Below, piece by piece: positions 12,550 through 23,304 of a DNA stretch of 64,000 nt. The DNA comes from Parasitella parasitica NRRL 2501 (Eukaryota; Fungi; Mucoromycota). The notes below the pieces were generated by a model. The model had not been told where the DNA came from, searched no databases, and saw only the letters and a list, made by a program, of their open reading frames with translations. Numbering within the stretch: position 1 is the stretch's first letter; each line of letters starts with the position of its first letter. Both the position numbers and the translations under genes were made by a program. The stretch spans positions 86,124 to 150,123 of the forward strand of contig MU619310.1 in the NCBI GenBank assembly GCA_025201805.1, written 5' to 3'.

Positions 12550-14065
12550 CTACACTTATTTTGTCATACAATGTTTTTATTCAAGCAATCATTGACGGAG
12601 TATCTACAAAAATTTTGAAGGTCATTCAGAAGAATACTATTGCATACATCATGTATTCTTGAGGACAATGTCTCTTCTTACAACAACTGTTCTCGTTTCA
12701 TTTTGCTTTTGTAAACAGACCAAAGCTGCTCGATGGGATTCAGTTCAGGAGAATAAGGTGAAAGATACAAGCAGACATAACTGCGCTTCTTGATCTCTTT
12801 TTCAATATTACCATTTTTTTGTGGATAAGTACAATGTCAATCACAACATAGTGTCCCTTAAATTGCTCATATTTTTCAAAACATCCATCGTATTGCACAT
12901 AAAGTTGAAGTAATGTACTGCCTATCATAGTGCCACATCTACCTAGATTCTAGCAAGCAACCGTACAGATTCTTGACCTCCTCTTTTTACTCTGGACCAA
13001 AGCTCCCAATCTTATTTTCAGGATAATAATACCAATAATAGTACATATTTCTCGCTGACTTTGCTTGAAACTTTAATAAAACTATCTCCGCACAAGTATC
13101 AACCGTCAACCAAGTTATTATTTTTTTCATATTGACATAAAAAGCAGCCTCGTCAATAAATACACAGTTGCTTAAATATCCATATCGGTCTGTTGCCATC
13201 TGGTTTCCCGGCTGTGTCTTTTTTCCAGGTTTTCAGGTAAATTTGGTTTGATTGAGTGAAAGGGAGCTTTCTTCAAGCCGATTCTGCATTTTTCCCCCGT
13301 GAAATCATATAATGCAGTTTTTGACACTTCTAGTCCCATAAAATTACTCTTTAAATCATCTATTATTTGGTCTAAAACTAATGCTGGTTTCTTGTCAGCT
13401 CAACCAAAAGGTCTCTATGCTCTTCATGCAAATTTGATGAGTCTTTCGAAAAGAGTGTATTTTTCTTCACGTTTGGTAAGTTATGCTCTAGTATTCTTAC
13501 ATTATGGTTAGTTATATTTTAATTTAATTCACCTGGAGTCACCCTAGCTGGCCTTCATAGTCTGTATTTGTCCTCTGAGGCAACTTTCACTGGCTTTGAA
13601 GTAGTTGACTTTTTGTTTCCAGTTGGTTGTTTTTCCAATGGCTTATTCTTCATATAAGAAGAATGATTAACCAAAGTTTCAAGAACAATATTAGGATCGT
13701 CGATACTTGACATGACATCTTCCATAGGATCATACGTTAATTGACCGTTTTCATTATAAATATTGTTTTGTCCATCTTCATAAAAAAAAGAGTTCTTCAT
13801 CTCGAAAGGCTACAATAGACATTATAAGAAAAAGATAATCAAAAGCCTCCTCAGAAAAACTAAGAAGGTCGTTTTATTCCTGTGGCAGCGAAAACTTATT
13901 TCTGATTGGGCGACATTTTGTTCCTGTAAGAGCGAAATTTAATTCCTGATTGGCCGATATTTTACTTCTAATTAAGCGACATTTTATTTCTGATTAGGTG
14001 ACATTTTATTTCTGATTGGGTGACATTTTGTTCGGCCCGGACAACATAATTTATTGGATCAACTG
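12550..14065 (-). mobile_element. Old degenerate Tc1/IS630-like transposon of a second family
   Basis: Fragments FFYEDGQNNIYNENG, NCVFIDEAAF, and LSPYSPELNPIEQLWS. The 5' TIR begins CAGTTGATCC at 14065 (minus strand) and contains about 22-bp subrepeats (AAAATGTCACCCAATCAGAAAT). Many stops and frameshifts. The left boundary is approximate. Confidence 0.85.
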
Positions 14066-14067
14066 TA

Positions 14068-15696
14068 CAGTCGACGAAAAAAGGTTGGCCCAATAAAAAA
14101 AAATAATTGGCCAGTTTGAAATAAAAATGGATCACCGATTTTGAAAATGGGTCAGCCAATGAAAAATGGGTCACCAATAAAGAAGTGTAATGTATGCTTT
14201 TTATTTTGTTTCTTATAATCCTTTTTCACAATTCAAACATCTCTGCCAGAACGTCAAAGAATGCTTTATCCAATTCTCGCAATCTTCTCTGTTGATGTGA
14301 AGTGCTGCGTTGCGAATACGATCAGAGATTTTTTCATTCTGCCTGACAGAAGAAGGATCGTTATTTACAACAGTCTTTAGCTTGGACCAAAACTCTTCGA
14401 TCGGATTTAAAAAAGGAGAATAAGGTGGCAAAAAGAGAAGTTTATAACCACGTTGCCCAACCCAATCTTCAATAAGTGCAGCCTTGTGAATGGATGCATT
14501 GTCAAGAACTAGATATTTGTAGCTCATGTTAGCCGCATCCAGTGTCGTAAGGACCTGCTCTATGTATTCAAGGAAGTCACTGCTGGTAGTACCTTTCCTC
14601 TTGGGGGCCTGAGATTTCTCACCAGTTCGAGTTCGTTTTCCACTCCTAGCACCAAGTACAACTTGTTTTCTGGATAATGTGATTAAACCACTTTTACAAA
14701 TAGCACCCAAGATGCTGACATTTGCTCCCTTCGTTTGAACATCAATTTTGCAAGGTGTTCCAGCCTCAGACCATCCATATGAGCGATGCATACTCCTGTT
14801 AAAGCCAGCTTCATCCAAGAATACACATTCATTCATAAAGTCTATGTTCTGGTTAACCCAGTATGCTACCGCATCTCGTCTTTTGGTAACAGTTTCATCC
14901 GTGTTCCTGCCATAATATCTAGGAATGATACGCTTGTAGGTTAGGCGACACTTCTTCTTCTTCATATGATTTTCCACTGATCTAAGGGTGATCTGTATAT
15001 CTCTAAATTCTTTTGACAGGTGGTCTGTAACAGCTTCAACTGTCAATGTTGGCTCATTAGCCAGCAGCTCAAAGATAAATACAGTATGTTCGTCTTTGAG
15101 TATTGTGGGTCGTCCCTTTCCTTCTTTGATTGCGATAGAATCAGGGAACCCTTTTTCAGCTATTTCGCTTGTCATTTGATCCCACTGCTTGACTTTACGA
15201 ATAGCTGTTGACTTGGAGAGCCCTACCTTTCTACCCGCTTCACTGATAGACATATTCTCAAACTCTTGCAACAAATTGATCAAATTGACTACCTTTACTT
15301 CGTTCTTGGTAATGTATGATCCCCTTTCCTTCTTCACTACATCAAGGAAGGGCTCCTTGGAGTGAGGTTTGGTCTTCCTCTTAGCTTCTTTTTGTGCTGC
15401 ATTTACTGCTGCAGTTTCTTCCCAGTCCATATATGATTGTATATCATCACAGGTACTGTCTCACTGTCAAAATTGTATTCTTCGTTCATGTCGAGCAATA
15501 TGAAAAAATTCAAGAAGAGAAAAAGAAGAGAGAATTCGGCCAATCCTCATTACATTTCTGTATTGGTGACCCATTTTCGTACTGGGTGACCCATTTTCAA
15601 AACAATGAACCATTTTCGTCTTAGTGACCCATTTTCAAATTATGACCCATTTTCATTGGTTGACCCATTTTCAAAATCGGTGATCCATTTTCATTT
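14068..15696 (-). mobile_element. Tc1/IS630-family DNA transposon copy 2: intact 3' TIR, outer 5' TIR lost
   Basis: TA|CAGTCGACG at 14068. The 5' TIR matches copy 1 up to ...TGATCCATTTTCATTT (15696) and is then replaced by other sequence. Confidence 0.95.
14213..15430 (-). CDS. Intact DD34E transposase, 405 aa
   Basis: HTH (SISEAGRKVGLSKSTA), GRP, FLDEAGF, VLDNASIH and LPPYSPFLNPIEEFW. There are 34 residues between the second D and the E. Confidence 0.95.
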   Translation of the reverse strand: MDWEETAAVNAAQKEAKRKTKPHSKEPFLDVVKKERGSYITKNEVKVVNLINLLQEFENMSISEAGRKVGLSKSTAIRKVKQWDQMTSEIAEKGFPDSIAIKEGKGRPTILKDEHTVFIFELLANEPTLTVEAVTDHLSKEFRDIQITLRSVENHMKKKKCRLTYKRIIPRYYGRNTDETVTKRRDAVAYWVNQNIDFMNECVFLDEAGFNRSMHRSYGWSEAGTPCKIDVQTKGANVSILGAICKSGLITLSRKQVVLGARSGKRTRTGEKSQAPKRKGTTSSDFLEYIEQVLTTLDAANMSYKYLVLDNASIHKAALIEDWVGQRGYKLLFLPPYSPFLNPIEEFWSKLKTVVNNDPSSVRQNEKISDRIRNAALHINREDCENWIKHSLTFWQRCLNCEKGL

Positions 15697-15748
15697 GTTC
15701 CTCAGGTCTAATTTGCAATAGGAGGGAGTGAATTAAGTGGGAGATTTT
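15694..15748 (+). mobile_element. Isolated DIRS terminal (ITR-start) fragment
   Basis: TTTGTTCCTCAGGTCTAATTTGCAA (15694-15718) is the exact reverse complement of 7474-7498, just downstream of the DIRS YR. It begins with TTT, as DIRS1-like ends do. Confidence 0.65.
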
Positions 15749-16405
15749 TGATCTTTGACGTGGTGTCTCTCTACTATTAAAGGGCGATAACGTCTTGATA
15801 TTATCGATTACAAGTCTTCTTTCAAATTCTACTGCATCGCAAATATATGGAAAACAGTCAATTACTCTTTTCTCGATTGTATCATTATCACTATGAAAAC
15901 AGGCGTAATTAGCATTTAACAAAGCTTTAATCTTTAAACAAAAAAAATATTTTATGAATTGCTGAATGTTAACCGGGCCAGTAGAGAGACCAGCATAGTC
16001 TATAACGACTAAGCAAACTTTTTGTTGTGACGAGGAGATAAAATCGATCATTCCTAAAGTAGCATTGACTTGGCACTATCAGGCAACAATATTTGCGTCG
16101 ATGTTTTTATCGATATCTACTAAAGTAAAAAGTTGATTTATCGAAATTAATGCTTTTAAACTTAATGGAAATATACTTATATTATATATACCTTGATGTT
16201 GCTATGAACATTTCTTATCTTTTTCTAGTGTTTCGATTTCATCTTTAAAGTCTCTTGTGGTGATTTCGCTATTGGCATCTGACGAGTAAAGAAACAAAAC
16301 ATTTATCCACATTCGACCTTGAAATAAATTATTAATCTTGCGCTGAATATTCTTGGCCCGATATTGTGCTGATTTGACTGACTTTTGCACATATCCAACC
16401 AACTG
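15748..16405 (-). pseudogene. Decayed intron-containing serine-recombinase/resolvase-like gene
   Basis: VGYVQKS (compare the resolvase GYARxS nucleophile motif), SSDANSEITTRD, VCLVVIDYAGLST and FNSRETPRQRS. It has a frameshift and two intron relics (about 16191-16054, and about 15950-15891 with branch point TGCTAAT and a mutated donor). Confidence 0.55.
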
Positions 16406-16439
16406 CTAAGTCTATAAATGAATGCTATATTAGATTACC

Positions 16440-17305
16440 AATCTCTTCAGATGATAACTTGGCAGACCATCGTTATGATTTGAAGCCAATGGAAGGGTTC
16501 AGCAACGTATTTCCCGGCACTGATACCCGAGCCGGTAGAAGCACAAACCACTTCAACGCGTATAAGAGAATGCATGGTCTGCTGTATTATGATGAATCAT
16601 TAGATGCACCTGACTTTGATCTTTTGTCCTTCAATGAGCTCCAAGCTTTGGTTTTTGGTGTTATCAAAACATTTGCTTTCCTCGGAAACGCCCAAGAATC
16701 TCGCATCTTCTTTGTTGATGGTCGAGGTGTTGCTGGTAAGACATTTGTGTTTAATTTAGGCCTTGATCGTGTCAGAAGAGAAGGCCATATTGCGATTATT
16801 GCTATGGCATCGAGTCAAACTGCTGCATTGTTGCTCAAAGGCGGACGCACTGCTCACTCTACCTTTAAGATACCGTTAGAGATTACCAATACCAACATGT
16901 GCGACATTTCGCCCTGCTCTGGCATAGCATCATTTATCCAAAGAGCAAAAATTGTTGTTTGGGATGAATGCTCAATGATCAACAAGGACTTGATAGCAAC
17001 AGTTGATCGCTTATTTCGTGAGTGCTTGAACAAAGCCAGCTTTTGGCCAGTGGTAGTCTCAATGCAATTGCGTACAAACATGAGAGTTTGACAGGCCCTT
17101 CAGACTGACAATCCAGGTCTTGCTAATGAACTTCAACAATTTTCTGATTATCGACTTCAGATTGGTCAAGGCACTGTTCCTACAATTACTCTGCCCCAGA
17201 GACATATCTTCAGATTTTATCCAAATTCCTGAAGAGGTGCTCATATCTGGAGATGATTTGATTAATTTGATGAAAAGCATTTTTGATATTGCCACTGCGG
17301 ACTAG
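16440..17305 (+). mobile_element. Helitron PIF1-like helicase relic (N-terminal motifs, internally deleted)
   Basis: FFVDGRGVAGKTF (Walker A), ASSQTAALLLKGGRTAHSTFKIP, VVWDECSM (Walker B) and LRTNMRV, with stops and frameshifts. Confidence 0.88.
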
Positions 17306-17978
17306 CATTCAACGCTCAAAGTACTGTATTTGCGACAACAGGCCTAGATTAGGACAGCTGCTGCGAGCTTTGAAGACTAGAGATTCACATAATCGACTCG
17401 GGACTAAGAAGGGCACTAGTAGGCTTTTGTCGGATCTGCTATGTTGAGCCATGCTAAGGTCAGTTGCATCCTGTCTACACAATCCGAGAAAAGGAAAATG
17501 TAGCAGAGTGTCGCGGGATTCTTCCAAACAATAAGTACATTGCATAGTCACGAGAAACGTACCATTGTCTACCCTGTTTTTATCAGGCTTGAATCTGTCT
17601 ACCGCGTATTTTTTTTTGCTCTGACCTTTGGTATACCAAATCCACATCTTGCTTCTAACCAATTGACTTTCGTTTTTTTTTTTTTGAATGCGAAATCCGG
17701 TATCTTGTTTGCAAATTATATCCAGAGTTTCTTGCTTTTTGGGTCCTTGATTGTAATGAGCATGTTGTTTCCGTAAACCTGAATGCTGCAAAGCATATTG
17801 CATTGTACAGAAAAAAGCAGGCATTTTACAGGAATGGTGTAACAAACAAGGTTCGAGGGATTTTAGCTTTCCCTAGTCGACTGATTGGGAGTTGCAGTTT
17901 TAGAGCAGTCCATTTAAGGGCATTCAATGTTTCCTCTTCCTTTCCGCCTTCTTTTTGAAAAACAAAAAACAGGCCAGG

Positions 17979-19721
17979 ATGGACATGGATATGGATATGA
18001 GCTCGCAGGGAACGCCTCCCAACATCAACGAGCCCTATGCTAAAAAGCTGATTACCATCATAGCCTCCATCGTAGCCTTCCTTACTGTACGACATTTATT
18101 TATTTACATTCACAACAAGACCAAAACAACATTTGGATTTCGATGGATGCACCAAATGTCATCCTCTTATGCAAGCATAGAGAATTTTGTGGTAAACAAA
18201 CTTTCATATACGGCGCTGTATGGGGCATCCCCGCCTTTGGGGGCTCTATTGCTGTTGCTGGCCCTGGTTTCTGCTGTATTACCTTTGCTTTTATTAAACG
18301 TTGACTTGGCTGTCAATTCGAATCGTGCCGGCTTTTTATGCCTTGCCATGGTGCCCTTCCTCCTCTCGTCCACCGGAAAAAATTCAGCTATATCTCTGCT
18401 GACAGGAATATCCAGTGTTAAGCTTAACTTTCTGCATCGCATATTGGGCATGGCACTGTTTATATGCGCCACTGTACACATGTCGACAATGCTTCATTCG
18501 TGGTCAAGATTCCCAACGTTCCTAAAATCCGAGCTGCAGCTGTCCAAAGTGCAGTATGGTCTGGCTGGCTACGGATGTTTATGCGTAGTGATCCTGGGCA
18601 GCATCTTGCCGGTGCGCATCTTTTGCTACGAAGCATTTGTAGTCACTCATGTGCTGGGCATTGCTTTCATCGGCTGTATTGCCGTCCATACGCCTTACGC
18701 TATGCGCTATTTCTTCTCAGGCCTGGTCTGCTACATGCTCAACTTGCTAGCTGTATGGTTTGTCAAGACCTATGTTGCCCAGGCTCGGTTTGAAGTATTA
18801 CCTGAAGGATGCACAAAGGTCTCGATCCGGCTCGCAAGCCCCATCAAGACGCATTATATTGGACAACACATTAATTTATGCATCCCAGCCATCTCACCCT
18901 TTCAATGGCACCCGTTCACCATCACAAGCGTGCAGCAGCAAAATGCCGCTTATCAAAACTCTATAGAAGTATGCGTTTGCTCTCGCGGCAACTTCACAAG
19001 AGCTTTGTACAATAAGGCTCTCCCCAATCAAGATGTGCGTGTGTTTGTCAGCGGTCCATTTGGCAGCAATAGCATCAGGGCAACTCGAGTGCTTGATAGC
19101 CACTCTTCTGTTGTCATTGCATGTGGCGGCTCTGGCATTACATTCGGCATGCGCTTGCTGCGTGAATTGACGGACACCTTGATATCGCACGATGAAGAAG
19201 CCAGTAAATCTTCTTTACTCAATCACTACAAGACCAAGGACATTTACTTTTATTGGTGCGTGCGACGCGCATTAGAGATTGAATGGTTCAGAGAAGAGCT
19301 GGAGCAGATCAATTATCTTTATGACGCACATGGGCAATTCCCCAATCTCCACATTCGATTCCATATCACTGCTAATGGTACGGATAACACGACTGAAGAA
19401 ACCACTGTGGATGAAGAGCCTGGCATCAATGAAACGGCCGACTCTGGCGATACTGCGAATCTGTATACGACCGAACATGGCTCAAGAAAAGACATCGATG
19501 TGGTCTATGGACGTCGCTTGGATGCTAAAGCTGTCCTCGAAACTGTAGACGGAGATATGGGCGCTTTTGGTAAGTCTTGGAATAGATGTACTTTGCACTA
19601 TGCTAATCGCCTATTTATTGATATAGTGTGCGGCCCTGCAGGATTCAATGCTGCGTTCAAAAACGTAGTAGCCTTGCACAAATCAAATGCTTATCTTCAT
19701 TGCGAAAGTTTTGGATATTAA
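17979..19721 (+). CDS. Ferric/cupric reductase (FRE/NOX superfamily) with N-terminal MDMDMDM; intron 19570-19626
   Basis: Heme His pairs (FLHRILG...VH; TH...VH), HPFT (FAD), GPFG, GGSGITF (NADPH), VCGP after splicing and terminal HCESFGY. Confidence 0.92.
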   Translation: MDMDMDMSSQGTPPNINEPYAKKLITIIASIVAFLTVRHLFIYIHNKTKTTFGFRWMHQMSSSYASIENFVVNKLSYTALYGASPPLGALLLLLALVSAVLPLLLLNVDLAVNSNRAGFLCLAMVPFLLSSTGKNSAISLLTGISSVKLNFLHRILGMALFICATVHMSTMLHSWSRFPTFLKSELQLSKVQYGLAGYGCLCVVILGSILPVRIFCYEAFVVTHVLGIAFIGCIAVHTPYAMRYFFSGLVCYMLNLLAVWFVKTYVAQARFEVLPEGCTKVSIRLASPIKTHYIGQHINLCIPAISPFQWHPFTITSVQQQNAAYQNSIEVCVCSRGNFTRALYNKALPNQDVRVFVSGPFGSNSIRATRVLDSHSSVVIACGGSGITFGMRLLRELTDTLISHDEEASKSSLLNHYKTKDIYFYWCVRRALEIEWFREELEQINYLYDAHGQFPNLHIRFHITANGTDNTTEETTVDEEPGINETADSGDTANLYTTEHGSRKDIDVVYGRRLDAKAVLETVDGDMGAFGKSWNRCTLHYANRLFIDIVCGPAGFNAAFKNVVALHKSNAYLHCESFGY

Positions 19722-20160
19722 GCTGTGCAATGCTCTTTTTATATTCCCTTCCCCCCTCCCCCACTTCCGCCACTTTTATCTGTCCTTTGAGCTTCACCTG
19801 TATATATCTAAGTATTATGTTCCGCATAAACCACCTTTATTTATTTTTGTGCCACTTACTGAGACTTTAATTATTACAAGACTGCACACTAGGGTCGTTG
19901 TTCGGAGCGGCTTGATTTCCTTACTCTCATTCTGTTTAGCTAACGGAAAGATTGATATCTTTCTCCCAATGTGACGCTATTAAACATTGCATTGCAGGAA
20001 ATAATAACATCCTTGCACAAACTTCAAGACGCAATATCAAAATATAGACCATTAGACAAACATTTGGATGTTTTATTTTTAAAAGAGTGATCTGGATTCG
20101 ATCACATTGAGAAGCTCAATTACATTGTTATACGTTCAAATTTATATTGTTGATGTGCGA

Positions 20161-22607
20161 TTACTGGATTTGTTTTTCCTTCGAAAAGAGCTGAAGTTCA
20201 GGAACAGACAGATTAGATGAGTGGTCTGATAGACCGGATGGAGAAGAAGAGGAGAAATAAAGCAAAGATTGTGCATCGCTTGTGCTTGGCAGTGATGATG
20301 GAAAATGTTCATGATCATTTGGCGGATCTGCTGTAGCTGAGTGACCTTTGGCTGTTGAAGTGGACGCAATGCTCACAGCATAATCTTCATTGCTTAATTG
20401 TGGGTGAAAGTAATCAATCAAGACGCTTGTTGTTTGCTCAATGTCAATGATCTCGTCGTCTTCGAGATATGGATTATCACTGTCGTCTAGTCGAGCAGTT
20501 ACAAAAGACTCAGAATCTGTGCTGTAGATGTCTTCCTCGACAATAATGTCTGAGAGGGGTGTCGATGTTGCAAAGGTGGTTGCAGTTGGAGGTGGAGTTG
20601 AAGACTTGTTATAGGCAGCAGGCTCGTTGAAAGACTCCTCTGTTCGGACCGACCGTAAGCTTCTGGCAGGCGAAGAGTTTACCGCAGAGACAACACTTAT
20701 TTTCTTGGTATCGATATTGCTGCTACGATCAAGTTTCGCTATTTGCACAGTTGATGGGTGGCTTTCAAGCTCGTTAAATGATAGCAGAGAGTTCCTAAAT
20801 GCTGAATCATCGTCCAAAGACGACAACAAGCTGATGCCACTAGCTATATTTACAAGCAACCGACACCAAGCTACCAATTCTGCTCTTGTTGATGTGCGGA
20901 ATACAGAGACTTTATCAGTTTGGAGAACGTTTGTTGCGGGTCTGCATATTTCAAATGTATTGCTTGCATCCCCTGTGTAGTCTGTCAAGACCGCGTCCAA
21001 TTGGTTGAAGGCGATCGAAGGCACAATGGTTGTGCCAGGTATATAGATTGTCTTTTCAGGCGACACCTTTTCGTCCAAGCTAAATTGATGAAGATAGCCG
21101 CCTAGCAAGGTACTTAATACTGGTCATTTCAACCTGGCAGAGGCAACTTACCTTGGCTGAGAACGTAGTTTCTTTCAATAAACTGCTTTCTGACGCCGAC
21201 TTTTCGTTCCATCTTGCCCTTCAGTAATGTCATGACCAAAGGATGAAACTTGTTTGGGTAATTGATTTTGAGGTAGTCCTTGGTGGGGCTCTTTTCATTG
21301 ACGAGGTTTGCTTTATTCTCTCGAGCAAATTGTTCCCAAGTTTGCTGAGGTGTGATTTGGTCCATTAAAAGCTCAAAAGACGCAGTGCCTTTATCCTCTG
21401 ATCCATTCCAGGCACCAGGAGCCAAAAATTCAAAACAGTGCTTGACGGCAGGTTTAATCTGATTTATGACTTGTTCCTCGAATTCCTCGGTATCCTTTTG
21501 TATCGGAATCATGAGTAGCCGTAGGCGATTCTCTTCATCGACTTCTCGCTTCAGCTGCCTCAGCACCACTAACATATTCAGTGCGTTAGATGATAGAGCC
21601 AGGTTGCAGATTTCACCTCACTTACACAAATTGGCAACCCAGGGGTCCATCTCAACTTGGCCGTTTGCTTTATCAGCTTCCTTACAGCAGCGATTCAGAT
21701 GCGTCATTTTGCTTCGTGTTACTTCTGCTCGACGTAGCAGTTCATCTAAAACTAGCGTCGAATCATTCTTCAGCTGATGGATTCTGTCTTTTACCTGCCT
21801 TCGCAGCTTGACCAATGCCGGTAAATGGTCTTTCTCCAGACATTTGCTGAATGCCTGCTGTTCTGCTGCCATCTGCATCGTTAAAGACCTGAACCCTGCC
21901 TGTATGGTGCGGATAGATTCGCTGGCATTGTCATGCAGGCTCTGATCTACATGCGGATATGCCTTTTGGGAGAATCCTCGGCTGCTCTGTAGGCTGATTT
22001 TGGCGGTCTCCTCCACCCAATTAGTGACAGATTTTAGACATTGATGCCAGGTTTCTAATCGGGCTATAATGAAATCAGCACGATTTAAGCTAACATTTTT
22101 CAGCGCAGGATGATGGCTTCCACTTGACTTTGTCGAGAAAACGGACCCGTCGCTGCCATATTGGTGAGACTGAGGCAATTGGAGGGGAGCAGACGCCGCA
22201 GACAGCAAGTGATTTTGCCGTTCAGGACGAGGGCCGCTGCTGGATGAGGACAGAGATCGGTCCAATTTGTGAATCTTTTGTAAGGATGGCAATGATGCAA
22301 TGGTGTTGAGGCTTTTGGATGATGTGAGTGTTTCGGATCGCTTTTGTTGTTGGCCATCGAAATGCTCTGTGAATCGGCTACGGTACTCTGACTTGGCAGG
22401 ATTGGCTGAATCAATAGACACAGCATCGTCGCCTTGAAGAGGAGAGGATCCTTCGCTCGGCGACACAAGGGAGTTGATGGACTGAGCTGACGAATGTACC
22501 GACATTTGATCCGCTGCTGACATTGTTCTCAATCTGCTTTTGTGGGGTCTGCGAGGCGGTGGCGGTGCTGGATTTGTGGATGGACTTGGTGTTAAAACTT
22601 CTGTCAT
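20161..22607 (-). CDS. BAR + PH domain protein, Slm1/Rgc1(Ask10)-like. Exons 22607-21626, 21568-21152, 21101-20161.
   Basis: Helical region ARLETWHQCLKSV...DPWVANL, followed by the PH start KGKMERKVGVRKQFIERNYVLSQGGYLHQF. Canonical introns join the ORFs in frame. Confidence 0.75.
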
Positions 22608-23304
22608 GGCAAGTTGGGAGGAAAAAGAGGAGAAAACAGCTTTGGGCGAATTGCAATTAAAATGAGATTTACCTTCATGTTGCACTTGCACTACATGAAG
22701 CTAGATGTACTTATTGGGGAGTTCCCATCATATGGTGAATGCTGTAATTTACTTTTTATTTAATTTTTTTTTTTTTTTTTTTTTTTTTGACCTCTGCTCA
22801 AGAAGGCGCGCATCTATAGCATGTAGGCCGCACATGATGGTCAGTAAACTGTAGCTGTATCACTGTGTTGAACCTGTTTATATGTAGAGAACGCTAGATG
22901 TTGATGCCGCAACCTCCTCTTACAAAGAACAAGCAAGACGAAAATTTCGACATACACGTCCAGCCTAAAAGATACGTGTAACCTGTTGCACTGTCATGTG
23001 AAGATGATGTGCATGCATATAATATATATATATACGTACATACATACATGCTACAGCTGAAAAAGCAAGGTGGTGTAAACAAGAGACGATTAAATCAACA
23101 AACAAACAGTAATTGATCACAATCCACACCCAACAATGGGTTTTCTGCTTCCATTGTTTTTTTGTTTTTTTTGACGTGAGTCCCCAACTCAAATTTCTAA
23201 TTTTAGATTCGTAAGCGCACAGATGTCTGTTTGAATATAAATAAGCTTTTCTTGCCCTGATTTCGTTTCTTTCTCTCTCTCTTTCATTTTTCTTTAAAAT
23301 CGAC

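Noticed and set aside
7665-14200. Composite transposon formed by the two intact Tc1 ends
   Set aside because: Both intact TIRs (7665 and 14068) point the same way, so they cannot act as a normal inverted pair.
17309-17845. 178-aa minus-strand ORF upstream of the reductase
   Set aside because: It has a non-ATG start, no motif and includes homopolymer-derived residues; it is most likely promoter DNA.
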